From the IMG/VR virus record IMGVR_UViG_2675903165_000002: a DNA stretch of 64,000 bases; one strand, written 5' to 3'. The stretch's first letter is position 1. Every line of letters begins with the position of its first letter. Below the pieces are notes generated by a model. It worked only from the letters and a program-made list of their open reading frames with translations, was not told the origin of the DNA and searched no databases. This document shows, piece by piece, positions 41,696 to 50,912 of this stretch. The DNA comes from an uncultured virus (IMG/VR IMGVR_UViG_2675903165_000002) (taxonomy: Duplodnaviria > Heunggongvirae > Uroviricota > Caudoviricetes). Both the position numbers and the translations under genes were made by a program.

Positions 41696-43765
41696 TTAAC
41701 TAACAGGGGCAAGAGCATCAAGTTTGGCATCAAGTTCTTGGTCTAAATCCTGTTGTTTTTGAGCCTCATAAAAGGCTTGTACTTTGGGCGGTCGGAAGTA
41801 ATAATCATGCTCCGTAATGGGTACATTGCTGCTAACTTTTTGCAATCGCTCGTGATAATGGGTTACATCTTCGTTTCTAAGAGTCAGTTTTCCGTTCATC
41901 AAATGGCCAGTGGCGAACATTTCCATAAACTCAGTTTGTGCGCCTAATTGGGTGCTTGCCAGCGTTGGTACTTTGTAAGAGTCTGCGGGTCAGGCTACCA
42001 CATCTTGTTTGAAATCGCCCTGCAAACGTGTAAAATACTTGGAAAACAAAGGGTCTTTTACTGCCCTTTTTTTATTCAAATCACTTTCTTTGAGTTGTTT
42101 GAGTTGGTCTTGTGCTTCTGCAATTTTAGTGCGACTCCTGACACTCAAAAGCGGATTGGCAAACACACGCATATAATCAATTGCAGCCCTTTCTTCGGGT
42201 ATACTTCCCGTCAAAACCTGTGGATTTTCGCGGTCTCGGTGTTTGAGTTGATTTCCAAAATCATAATTGGCCGCTACCTTTTCCACTTGAATTTGCTTCT
42301 GAACAAACTCGTTTAACACACTGGCATTAAACGTGGGCAATTGTTGAGTAAGTTCTTGGGTTTTTTGTCGGTATAAGTCTTGATAAAGCGTTTGGGCAAG
42401 TGCGACAATATCTTCGGGTTTAGATAATTCTTTGTTTTTAATCTCTTGCTGAAGGGATTGACTGTATTGTTTATTAAAATCTTTAGATTGTATAATTTGC
42501 TGAAATTCATTGAGTTTGGGGGTGGCATAAGGCAATGGACGATAGCCTGAAGTTAAAGTTCCAGTCAAGTCATCGTATTGTAATAAATCGGGAAACATCG
42601 CTGCTCCATCAGGCTTAAACACTAAAGAACTTTGTATAGAATCGAACTGCAAAGGGATTTCGACTTGTCCGTTTGGGTCTGCCTGAAGATTTTTAAGGAC
42701 AAATGCGCTGCTGTGATTGAGTTGAGCATTATTGCGCATTCCGTCGGCAATGGTACGAACAAACCCCGCCGTTGGCAACACATTGAGTATTTGGTGCATA
42801 CTGCCTTTAATCGCGTCAAGGGTTTCTGGGTCTAACAGTGGTTTTTGGTCTTGGGTTTGGGCTTCTTTTAAAGAATCTAATTGTTGATTAAATGCCTCTT
42901 GATGAGTACTTTGTGTGGGGATATGGGTATTTTGTTGCAAAGCGGCAACCATGGCGGCAGGCTGCTGCAATAGGTCGGTGGCCGATGCGCTGTTGCTGAG
43001 TTTTCTGGCAGTTTCTCTGGCGAGTGCATCGGGCTTTTTCAGTTCAATTTTGGGCAAAGTATAAGCCTGAGCCAACTGATTATAACTTTGCGAAAGGGAG
43101 TGAATACTTTCTCGGTTTTGTGCCATAAAATCAGCCACTTCAGGTTGTTCTTGTTGTGTTTGCAACTGTTGCAACAAATAAGAGGCTTTGAGTATAAGCA
43201 TTTGTTTGTCAGGACTATCTTTGAATGTTTCCGTGATTTGTGGGAATTGGGTTTGCGCTGTTGTGAGGTCAAAATCAGCTAAAAGATTAGCCATCATTGG
43301 CTGACTTGATAATTGGTTCAGTTGGTCGGCTATTTCTGCCAAAGCAGCATCTCTAAGGGCAAGATTTTCTGCGTTTTGTGCTTTATTTTGTGCGTCTTGC
43401 CTGTCATTTTCACTGATTACCTGTTTTTCTGCGGATATTTCATTTTGATTGTTTATTTCTCTTTTGTCATTTTCATATTGCAAGAGCAAGGAACTTTTAA
43501 TAGCTGCCCCCAAATCGGATTGTGCATCAGGCAAAGGGCTTGGTAAAAAATGGGCAGCAATAACGGCTTGTAAGGTTTTGAACATAGCCGTTTGGTTCAA
43601 ATCAGGAATTTTATCCGCGTCTAAAAATTGTAATAATGCTTGCGCTTGTTGTTTTTCGCTGGGGTCTGCAAACTGCTCTTGAAGGTTTTGACTGACCAAA
43701 ATATCAGTCTTTGGCAGATGCTGTTCTAGACTGTCTTGCGGAATAATTCAGGTTTCTAATCCCAT
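41696..43765 (-). CDS. Large Gln-rich helical protein, one ORF if TGA=Gly
   Basis: ATG 43765 MGLET[TGA]IIPQ runs into track ORF 41990-43699, whose TGA reads in frame into 41696-41926; ends TAA. Confidence 0.65.
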
Positions 43766-43826
43766 TACGATATTGGCAGTAAGTGAAACATTATCAGTAT
43801 ATTGACCGCTTGGTAGAATACAAAAT

Positions 43827-43855
43827 AAGGAGATGGCTAACAAGCACATCTCCTT
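43827..43855 (-). terminator. Hairpin downstream of the secreted-protein gene
   Basis: aaggagatg...catctcctt inverted repeat. Confidence 0.5.
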
Positions 43856-43890
43856 GACATTTACGGTGTTTGGTTTCTGGTGAGAATATT

Positions 43891-44256
43891 TTATTTGTTT
43901 ACTTTTGTAAGTTGGGCAGCAATACCTTGGGCAATTTTTGCTTGCTTTGCAGACAATTCAGCTTGTTGAGCGGACTTCTCCGCTTGTTTGGCAGATTCTT
44001 CGGATTTTTGCTTGGTAAGAGCGAGTTCTTTAGCAGACTTTTCTGCTTTCGCTTTTGAAGCGGCAATCAAGCTGTCGAGTTTGGCGATTACGATGTTTTT
44101 AGGAGGGTTTGTACCTGCTGCAAGAGCAGTGTTATCTCCCTTGATGGGAGAATTAGAAGCAGTAACGGGGGCGGCCGTGTGGTTTTGGGTTTGACCCAAA
44201 GCCTCATTGCCCATCAGAGCAAGGACAGCCAACGGAATAATGAAATAAGTTTTCAT
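43891..44256 (-). CDS. Secreted Ala/Lys-rich helical protein
   Basis: Signal peptide MKTYFIIPLAVLALMG; heptad repeats SAKQAEK/SAQQAEL/SAKQAKI. Confidence 0.6.
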   Translation of the reverse strand: MKTYFIIPLAVLALMGNEALGQTQNHTAAPVTASNSPIKGDNTALAAGTNPPKNIVIAKLDSLIAASKAKAEKSAKELALTKQKSEESAKQAEKSAQQAELSAKQAKIAQGIAAQLTKVNK

Positions 44257-44494
44257 TTTTTTGTGAAGTTGATAAATTGAGTATGAACCAAGTAATGCAA
44301 ATACATTCAACTTCCTTTTGAATTATTTGCAATGTTTATAATGATTTTTGATAAAATATCAAGTGCAAATTGCAAAAAAGTAGTGATTATCAACTATCAA
44401 AACCTTGTAAGATACAAGGTGCGAACTTGTATTTTACAAGGTTTGTTTTTATGAAAAAAAACGATTATTTTTAAGTCAAAATATCATCAAAACT

Positions 44495-44851
44495 ATGCAG
44501 AAAGTAGGCGAAAGAATCAGAAAGTTACGCGAACTTCGTAATTATACACAAGAATATATTGCAGATAAATTAGAAATCAGTCAGCAACAGTATTCTAATA
44601 TAGAAAAGGGATTATTTGACATTTCCTTAAAGAAATTATATAAAATTTCTGAAGTTTTGGAAGTTTCTCCTGCTACTATTTTGGAATTTGACGCACAAGT
44701 TATTTTCAATAACTATGCAGAGAAATCTCATCAAAATAATAAACCTATTTACTATTCAATTGATGAAAAAATAGAAAATCTTTATAAAGATAAAATTAAA
44801 TTGCTTGAAGAAAAGATATTGTGGTTAGAAAAGCAAAATAAGGGACAATAA
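44495..44851 (+). CDS. XRE-family HTH transcriptional regulator
   Basis: GERIRKLRELRNYTQEYIADKLEISQQQYSNIEKG. Confidence 0.9.
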   Translation: MQKVGERIRKLRELRNYTQEYIADKLEISQQQYSNIEKGLFDISLKKLYKISEVLEVSPATILEFDAQVIFNNYAEKSHQNNKPIYYSIDEKIENLYKDKIKLLEEKILWLEKQNKGQ

Positions 44852-44861
44852 AAGAAACCCA

Positions 44862-46574
44862 ATGGTTACTCGGTCGGATATTTTGGCGATTACCTATCGA
44901 GTATCGCAGCTTCCTGATAGCGATGCTGCCACTACTTTGCCCATTGGGCAAACCATTCCTGCGGAGTTTTTTGAAGTTATCCAAACTGCTTTTCTGTTGC
45001 ATACCCAAAGCATTGATAAACAGTTATCTAATAAGAATATCAGCACCACAAAACGCTATCAGCTGCTTGCATACAGGGGTTTTAATTATCAAGAATTTTT
45101 GACATTATGGGATAAATCTATTCCTGTGGAAAACACCAAACTTCACCCTATTTTTGAGGTTTTGATGTTGGCTACACAAGCCCAACGAAAAGCGTTTATC
45201 TCTTCTTATCAACCTGATGAAATTTCCTACATTCAAGCACTTATTCAGCTCCATTCGCCGATTATTCCCCTCTTTTTTTATCCTTTGCCTGCTCGTTTGT
45301 TAGTAGGCAATTTAATGAAACATACCTATATTTCTGGACAAAGTGGTTCGGGTAAATCCGAAATAATGAAGCTGATTTGGTACGGATTACAAACAAAAAG
45401 CAGCGGAAAAGAAAACGGAAAATATAGTTTGGTTTTTATTGACCCACACGGTGATATTTCTCGTGAATTATTGGCACTACATTTGAATTTAGAAGAAAAA
45501 GAAAGGCTTATTTTTTTTGACCCTTTTTTGAGTAATGATAAATTTCCTGTATTAAATCCCTTAGAAACCAATAATAAAAGTCTTTCTTTTGTCGATACTT
45601 TGGCGCAAAGTATTAGTAGTGCTTTACAGGAACTTTGGCCTTCTGCCGAAATGACTTTGCAAATGCAAACGCTTTTAATTCCTTGCATTGCAACTCTTTT
45701 ATTAGACGAAAATAGAAGCCTGAAAGACCTACAAAATTTCATGCAAAATGACCCTGCTTTGTTGGCCTTAGGCAAACAAAGTCCCTTTCCCGCGCATCGC
45801 CAATTCTTTGAAACGGCCTTTTTGAACAAAAGTTATGAGCATACCAAAGCAGGGATTTATACCAGAATCCAATCTTTGCTCAATAACGCGGGATTTTATC
45901 GCGCTACCACAGGCCGCAGTACGGTTCATCTGGAAAAAGCCATCAATGAAGGGAAAATAATCATTGTGCGTTTTACCAAAGACAAGGGCGAGGAGGCCAG
46001 TCGTGCTTTCAATAAACTGCTGATTGCCAGACTTCAAAGCATTGTGCTGAGTAGATCCGACCAAGTCAAAGAACAGAGAAAATCGTGTTTTCTATTCATT
46101 GATGAGTTCCAAAATTACCTGAGTCCGAGTATTGGGCTGATTTTGGAAGAAAGCAGAAAGTTTGGGTTGCATTTAGTGATTGCCAACCAAAATTTAGGAC
46201 AAATCAGTGATACCAGACTTTTGCGCACCATTTTATCCAACACGTTTACCAAGATAGTGGGGGCAAACGGATTTAAGGATTTAAAGGATTTTTCTGCTGA
46301 AATTGGGGTGAAAGTAACGCAGTTACAGCAATTGCCGCCATACAAATTTTATTGTAAGTCAGGTACTAACCCCGCTTTTGTGTTTGACCCTGCGGCCTTT
46401 TTGGTCGGTCATCAACCACCGTTCTTTTTGGACAAAAAACAGACGACTCAACTCAAAGAATACTTGGTTCATCAATCGGGGCAATACCAAAAACAAGAAG
46501 AAGTGGAGCGTTCCAAGGCAGCTGCGCCAAACACGCCTCCCAAGAAAAAATTAGAACCTAAATACAAATTTTAG
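44862..46574 (+). CDS. VirD4/TraD-like type IV coupling ATPase (HerA/FtsK superfamily)
   Basis: HTYISGQSGSGKS, IDPHGD, LFIDEFQNY, ESRKFGL.LVIANQ. Confidence 0.8.
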   Translation: MVTRSDILAITYRVSQLPDSDAATTLPIGQTIPAEFFEVIQTAFLLHTQSIDKQLSNKNISTTKRYQLLAYRGFNYQEFLTLWDKSIPVENTKLHPIFEVLMLATQAQRKAFISSYQPDEISYIQALIQLHSPIIPLFFYPLPARLLVGNLMKHTYISGQSGSGKSEIMKLIWYGLQTKSSGKENGKYSLVFIDPHGDISRELLALHLNLEEKERLIFFDPFLSNDKFPVLNPLETNNKSLSFVDTLAQSISSALQELWPSAEMTLQMQTLLIPCIATLLLDENRSLKDLQNFMQNDPALLALGKQSPFPAHRQFFETAFLNKSYEHTKAGIYTRIQSLLNNAGFYRATTGRSTVHLEKAINEGKIIIVRFTKDKGEEASRAFNKLLIARLQSIVLSRSDQVKEQRKSCFLFIDEFQNYLSPSIGLILEESRKFGLHLVIANQNLGQISDTRLLRTILSNTFTKIVGANGFKDLKDFSAEIGVKVTQLQQLPPYKFYCKSGTNPAFVFDPAAFLVGHQPPFFLDKKQTTQLKEYLVHQSGQYQKQEEVERSKAAAPNTPPKKKLEPKYKF

Positions 46575-46588
46575 TTGCTGTTTAACTC

Positions 46589-47407
46589 ATGGAAATTAAA
46601 GCCTCTCAACAAACGATTTTGGAATTTTTGGCTCAATGCAAGTTTTTGACTGTCTCGCAAATGATGGCTTTGGGAATCAAAAAGGACAGAGCCAACCTGA
46701 ACCGCGAACTCAAAGCCATGCGCCATTGGAACAAACCGCCGATAGCACACAAAAACTTTGGGGCAGACCCAGTGGCAGGCAAATTGGAGTCGGTGCATTA
46801 CCTGACGGCTGCGGGTGAAAAACTATTGCAGGAACATACGGATATAGTTCAAATCAGAAGGCCGATGGGAGACAGCACCCTTTTTTACAAGGACTATAAA
46901 CACCGCAAGCATACCATTGATATTCAGGTATCTTTGCTTCAGCAGCAGTTGCAAGGCAAAGGCAATTTGCTGTTGTTCGATACTTATTTTGACCAAGAGG
47001 GCAACAACAGAACGCAGGCTAATGCCCGCAGTAAGACCAAGTTGGTACTTTCGGACAACTCATTTTTGATTGCCGATGCGGTAATTGTTTGGGATAATAA
47101 TACTGATTATCAGGTATATGCCTTAGAAATGTATAATGGAAAAGATACGGGAAGAGTGGAAAGGGCTTTGTGGCAACACGCTCAGGCTTTATCGGAGGGG
47201 GTGTTGGTGGATTTGCTCCTACCGCGTTTTCCGCACATTAAAGGTTACCAAATTTTGTGCGTATTTGAACATGCCAGTTGCCAACAAGCCACTTGGGAAA
47301 GACTCTCCCAAAATCCAGCATATGAAAATCTAAGAGGCTATTTTTTAGCCAAAAGCCTTCAAGAAATTCAAGCCAATGGTTTTTTCGGGAACTGGCAGTC
47401 TTTTTAG
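46589..47407 (+). CDS. Replication-relaxation family protein (putative relaxase)
   Basis: N-terminal wHTH (FLTVSQ, HYLT..G), H...H, ADA...ALE (PD-D/ExK-like); follows the coupling protein. Confidence 0.65.
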   Translation: MEIKASQQTILEFLAQCKFLTVSQMMALGIKKDRANLNRELKAMRHWNKPPIAHKNFGADPVAGKLESVHYLTAAGEKLLQEHTDIVQIRRPMGDSTLFYKDYKHRKHTIDIQVSLLQQQLQGKGNLLLFDTYFDQEGNNRTQANARSKTKLVLSDNSFLIADAVIVWDNNTDYQVYALEMYNGKDTGRVERALWQHAQALSEGVLVDLLLPRFPHIKGYQILCVFEHASCQQATWERLSQNPAYENLRGYFLAKSLQEIQANGFFGNWQSF

Positions 47408-47829
47408 TGCAATTGTCCCCCGTCTCCCAAACTAACATATTCGAGGGTGCGGCCTTCGATTCTGGGAATTTGTAGCGTAAAATGGGGTCGGTCGGTGGCG
47501 CGTACCATTAACCATTGTTCTGAAATGGATTCAATGAGCATGAGATAAGGTTTGGCTTCTCAGGCGACTTTCACCAACAGAAAAGTTCCGATAGAGAGGT
47601 GTTTTTGCTTGGCGGCCATAATGGGGCAACAACAATAAAAGCGGGTCATGAATACCCAAGCCGCCAAGCCCTTTTCTCTCTTTTCACAGAAAAAAAGTAT
47701 CCATGCCCGCTTTTACTTTCTGTAAAAACGACGCGGAGAAAAGGTTGGCGGAATAATTGTTTATGCTTATTTCAGGTGCGTTTTGCAATAGAAAAATTGC
47801 TCACCTGAAAACAGGGAGCAATTAGGATT

Positions 47830-48249
47830 TTAACTGAGTTCTTCCACCGTGATAATGGTGTGATGTTTGTTGCTACGGTGCCACTGTCCCGAACGGCTCA
47901 AATCCGAACCGTAGATTTCCTCGCGGCTGTTGCTGTCTTTGACTACAACGCGTAAACGGCCATTTTTAAAATACAAGGTGTCCGTTTTGAGGCCGCGTTC
48001 TGCACTTACTTTTGCAAATACGGCTTTGATGATATTGGCCACATCTTCGATAGGAATCTTTTTGAATACCTCGCGGCTGATGTGCATATCTCCATCAAAA
48101 TCATAATGGAAATACTGTTCTTCCTGTTGCCAAGTGTTAGGGGTTGGATTGTCCTGCAACTCTTCGGACACAGGTGTTTGCACCGATTCTTCGGCATTGG
48201 GAAGGTTCGTAGCTGCTACGCCCTCTTCCTCGTCTTTTCTTTTTGTCAT
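47830..48249 (-). CDS. Hypothetical protein
   Basis: 139-aa ORF downstream of ardC on the same strand. Confidence 0.55.
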   Translation of the reverse strand: MTKRKDEEEGVAATNLPNAEESVQTPVSEELQDNPTPNTWQQEEQYFHYDFDGDMHISREVFKKIPIEDVANIIKAVFAKVSAERGLKTDTLYFKNGRLRVVVKDSNSREEIYGSDLSRSGQWHRSNKHHTIITVEELS

Positions 48250-48333
48250 GGATTTTAATTGATTGATGAGAAGCGAATGATTCGCCTGTTGTTTGTACTG
48301 AAGTATGGTAGATTTTCTGTTTAAAGGTGGTCT

Positions 48334-49233
48334 TTATTCATCGTTTTGCTGCCCTAAGAGATAATCCACGGCTTTTTGTGCTCTGGCAGAGGCATTGATT
48401 AAGAGCCTTTTATCTTCTTTGATGGCTTTGAGCCAACTTTCCAAATAGGCCACCGAATTGTCCAAGACCTGAGGTAGAATTTGGGCATGATAGCACAGAA
48501 AACTTGCTCCCATTTCGGCGGTTAGTTCTTCCACGCCGTAGCTGTATGAACCAAAGGAACTGGTTTCGACCACTTCTTTACGACAAAGCCGCTTGGCGTG
48601 TCCTGTGGCATGTATGCACTCATGGAACAGAGTAGCATAATAGCTTTCAGGCTTAATGAAGTGTTGTTTTTCAGGGATTTGTATGTAATCCATGGGGGGT
48701 GTATAATAGGCCGAAGAGCCGCCCACGCGAATAGGTGGCAACTGTGGTTGCATAAAATGCAATAAGCGTTCAGCGGTTTGAATGGAAAGATTGGCACCAA
48801 GAGGTTGCACTTGGGGCAGTTGCCACTTTATCCCCTCTATCTGACTGATATTAAATACATTGTAATATCGTAGTAGCGGGACTTTTTCTAAAAGGGGCAA
48901 TTGCTGGGGTGCAGGATTAGGGACGGACTTTTGAGTGATAGGGTCAATGTAAAGCCAATTCCAATACACCACGGGTAGGGCTTTACTGTTTTTTATCACT
49001 TTCCCGCCCAAATCGCTGGCCTGTTGGAAGGTAAGGAAATAGGGTTCTTGGAAATTAAAGAGGTTCAGCAAGAAGCAGTTAATGCCACGGTAGGGCTTTT
49101 TGCTGAGGTAGTTTTGAGGCAAAGTGTTTTGCCAAGGTTGCTGCCAAGGGGCAACGCCTTGTTCTAAGCGTGCCATAATCAGTTGGTTTACTCTTTGGTA
49201 AACATCAGGGGTCGAATTGTTTTTGGATTCCAT
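48334..49233 (-). CDS. ardC: ArdC antirestriction / ssDNA-binding protein with zincin-like domain
   Basis: G..PW..PW, YRGIN, TFQQA, LRYYNVFN, HECIHATGH..RL.R, EEL.AE.GA. Confidence 0.9.
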   Translation of the reverse strand: MESKNNSTPDVYQRVNQLIMARLEQGVAPWQQPWQNTLPQNYLSKKPYRGINCFLLNLFNFQEPYFLTFQQASDLGGKVIKNSKALPVVYWNWLYIDPITQKSVPNPAPQQLPLLEKVPLLRYYNVFNISQIEGIKWQLPQVQPLGANLSIQTAERLLHFMQPQLPPIRVGGSSAYYTPPMDYIQIPEKQHFIKPESYYATLFHECIHATGHAKRLCRKEVVETSSFGSYSYGVEELTAEMGASFLCYHAQILPQVLDNSVAYLESWLKAIKEDKRLLINASARAQKAVDYLLGQQNDE

Positions 49234-49512
49234 CGTGAAATTTTGTTTTATTTTGATTTCACGAGCAGCATAAGAACGCAGCTAATTCTTTCTGTTTAAA
49301 TCATCAAGCGGCCATTCCTAAGTCTTCAATAGGGGCATCGTCGAAAACTTAGGCTATAATAATACCGCAAAATGTGGATAACTTTTTTGTTTGTAATTTA
49401 TTGATAACAAGATACTTGAAAAATATTTTCATTTTTTTGAAAAGTGCTTGTCACCCATTTGCCCTTCGAGATTCGTCTTTATATACAGTTACCCTTCCCG
49501 TGTGCTTTACTT

Positions 49513-49551
49513 CCCCTGAATTTTAGACTGCTGTACCTCTGAAATTCAGGG
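49513..49551. terminator. Hairpin
   Basis: cccctgaattt...aaattcagggg inverted repeat. Confidence 0.5.
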
Positions 49552-49783
49552 GATTGGGGTCGGTTTGTATCTTTAATTAATTGCACTAAAAATATATTAA
49601 AAATAATTTTTTACATAATTCACAGATGCTACCTTTGTAAAAGAATGGCGGGCAAGGTGCTTGTCGAAACAATAAAGGCATTGGTAAGTAAATCAGATGT
49701 TAAGCGTAATAGGCTTGATTTTATATCTGATAAACGAGAGTAGGTTTCGTTTATACAGATTTTAGTAGCAATGCAAAACGAGT

Positions 49784-50527
49784 ATGGAAACAGAAGAAAT
49801 AATCCCAGAAGTAAATATTTACGCAGACGGAGGTGCTGAACCAAATCCAGGAAAAGGTGGATTTGGTGTAATAATGACATATAAAGAACACAAAAAAGAA
49901 TTTAGCCAAGGTTACTTGCTAACGACAAATAACCGTATGGAACTAATGGGTGTTATATTCGCTTTGGAAAGGTTGAAAAAACCTTCAATTGTAAATGTTT
50001 ACACAGACTCTCAATATGTTGTGAACGGAATTGAAAAAGGTTGGGCGGAAAAATGGAAATCAAACAATTGGTACAGGAAAAGGAATGCGAAAGCCATCAA
50101 CTATGACTTATGGGATAAATTATTAAACTTGATTTCAAACAACCAAAAGGTAACTTTTAATTGGGTAAAAGGTCATGCAGGGCATAAAGAAAATGAGAGA
50201 TGTGATGAATTGGCTAATTGGGCATTGAATAGCAAAAATTTGTTAGAAGATGTTGGGTATGAATCAGAGAAAGAGGAAGTTTATATTCCCACTCACTCAG
50301 AGCAAGAAAAGCATCAAAATCGCAAAAGAAAAGTTCTAAATGAAGGCGATAATTGCAGAAAATGTAATACCCAAGTAATAAAAAAGGATACCAAAAGGAA
50401 AGAGCTAAAACCAAACCAAGAATATTACTTTGACTATTATTTGTTGTGTCCAACTTGTAAGACAATGTATATGGTCGAAGAAGCAAAAAAGTTTGTAAAC
50501 GACAATAAAAGCAGATTGTTTACATAA
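49784..50527 (+). CDS. rnhA: Ribonuclease HI with C-terminal zinc-ribbon extension
   Basis: YADG...NPG.GG, TTNNRMEL, TDSQY, WVKGHAG..ENERCD; C-terminal CRKC...CPTC. Confidence 0.9.
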   Translation: METEEIIPEVNIYADGGAEPNPGKGGFGVIMTYKEHKKEFSQGYLLTTNNRMELMGVIFALERLKKPSIVNVYTDSQYVVNGIEKGWAEKWKSNNWYRKRNAKAINYDLWDKLLNLISNNQKVTFNWVKGHAGHKENERCDELANWALNSKNLLEDVGYESEKEEVYIPTHSEQEKHQNRKRKVLNEGDNCRKCNTQVIKKDTKRKELKPNQEYYFDYYLLCPTCKTMYMVEEAKKFVNDNKSRLFT

Positions 50528-50534
50528 ACTCACT

Positions 50535-50648
50535 GCCACTAACATTGCATTTGTGCAACCCGAACTAAGGTATTAAAATAAACTTTTGTGCTTTTTGGGG
50601 GCAATAGTGTTATCAAATCCCGTCCTGCACAAATACTTTTTCGTTAAT
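50535..50648 (+). repeat. attC-like imperfect palindrome after the RNase H gene
   Basis: gccactaac ... atttgtgca ... tgcacaaat ... gttaat (R''-L''-L'-R' layout). Confidence 0.5.
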
Positions 50649-50912
50649 CTACCCCTCCATTGGCGGCTTTTCTTTTGTCTTTTTTCCCCTATTCGCCTCA
50701 CATAACTTGCAAGCAAAACAAGCAATATGGTACGCGAGTAGAAAACCAGATAACCTTCATGGTGGACGGCAAACAAGCTATCAATGAACTCGAAATAAAT
50801 GTACTATGGTAGTAACAATGGCATTGTTTTATAATGACGTTTATTGTTTGTTAAGACACTTTTATCCAACTTGCCCCTAAGTTTTAATCACGCCATCATT
50901 TTACAACCCAAT

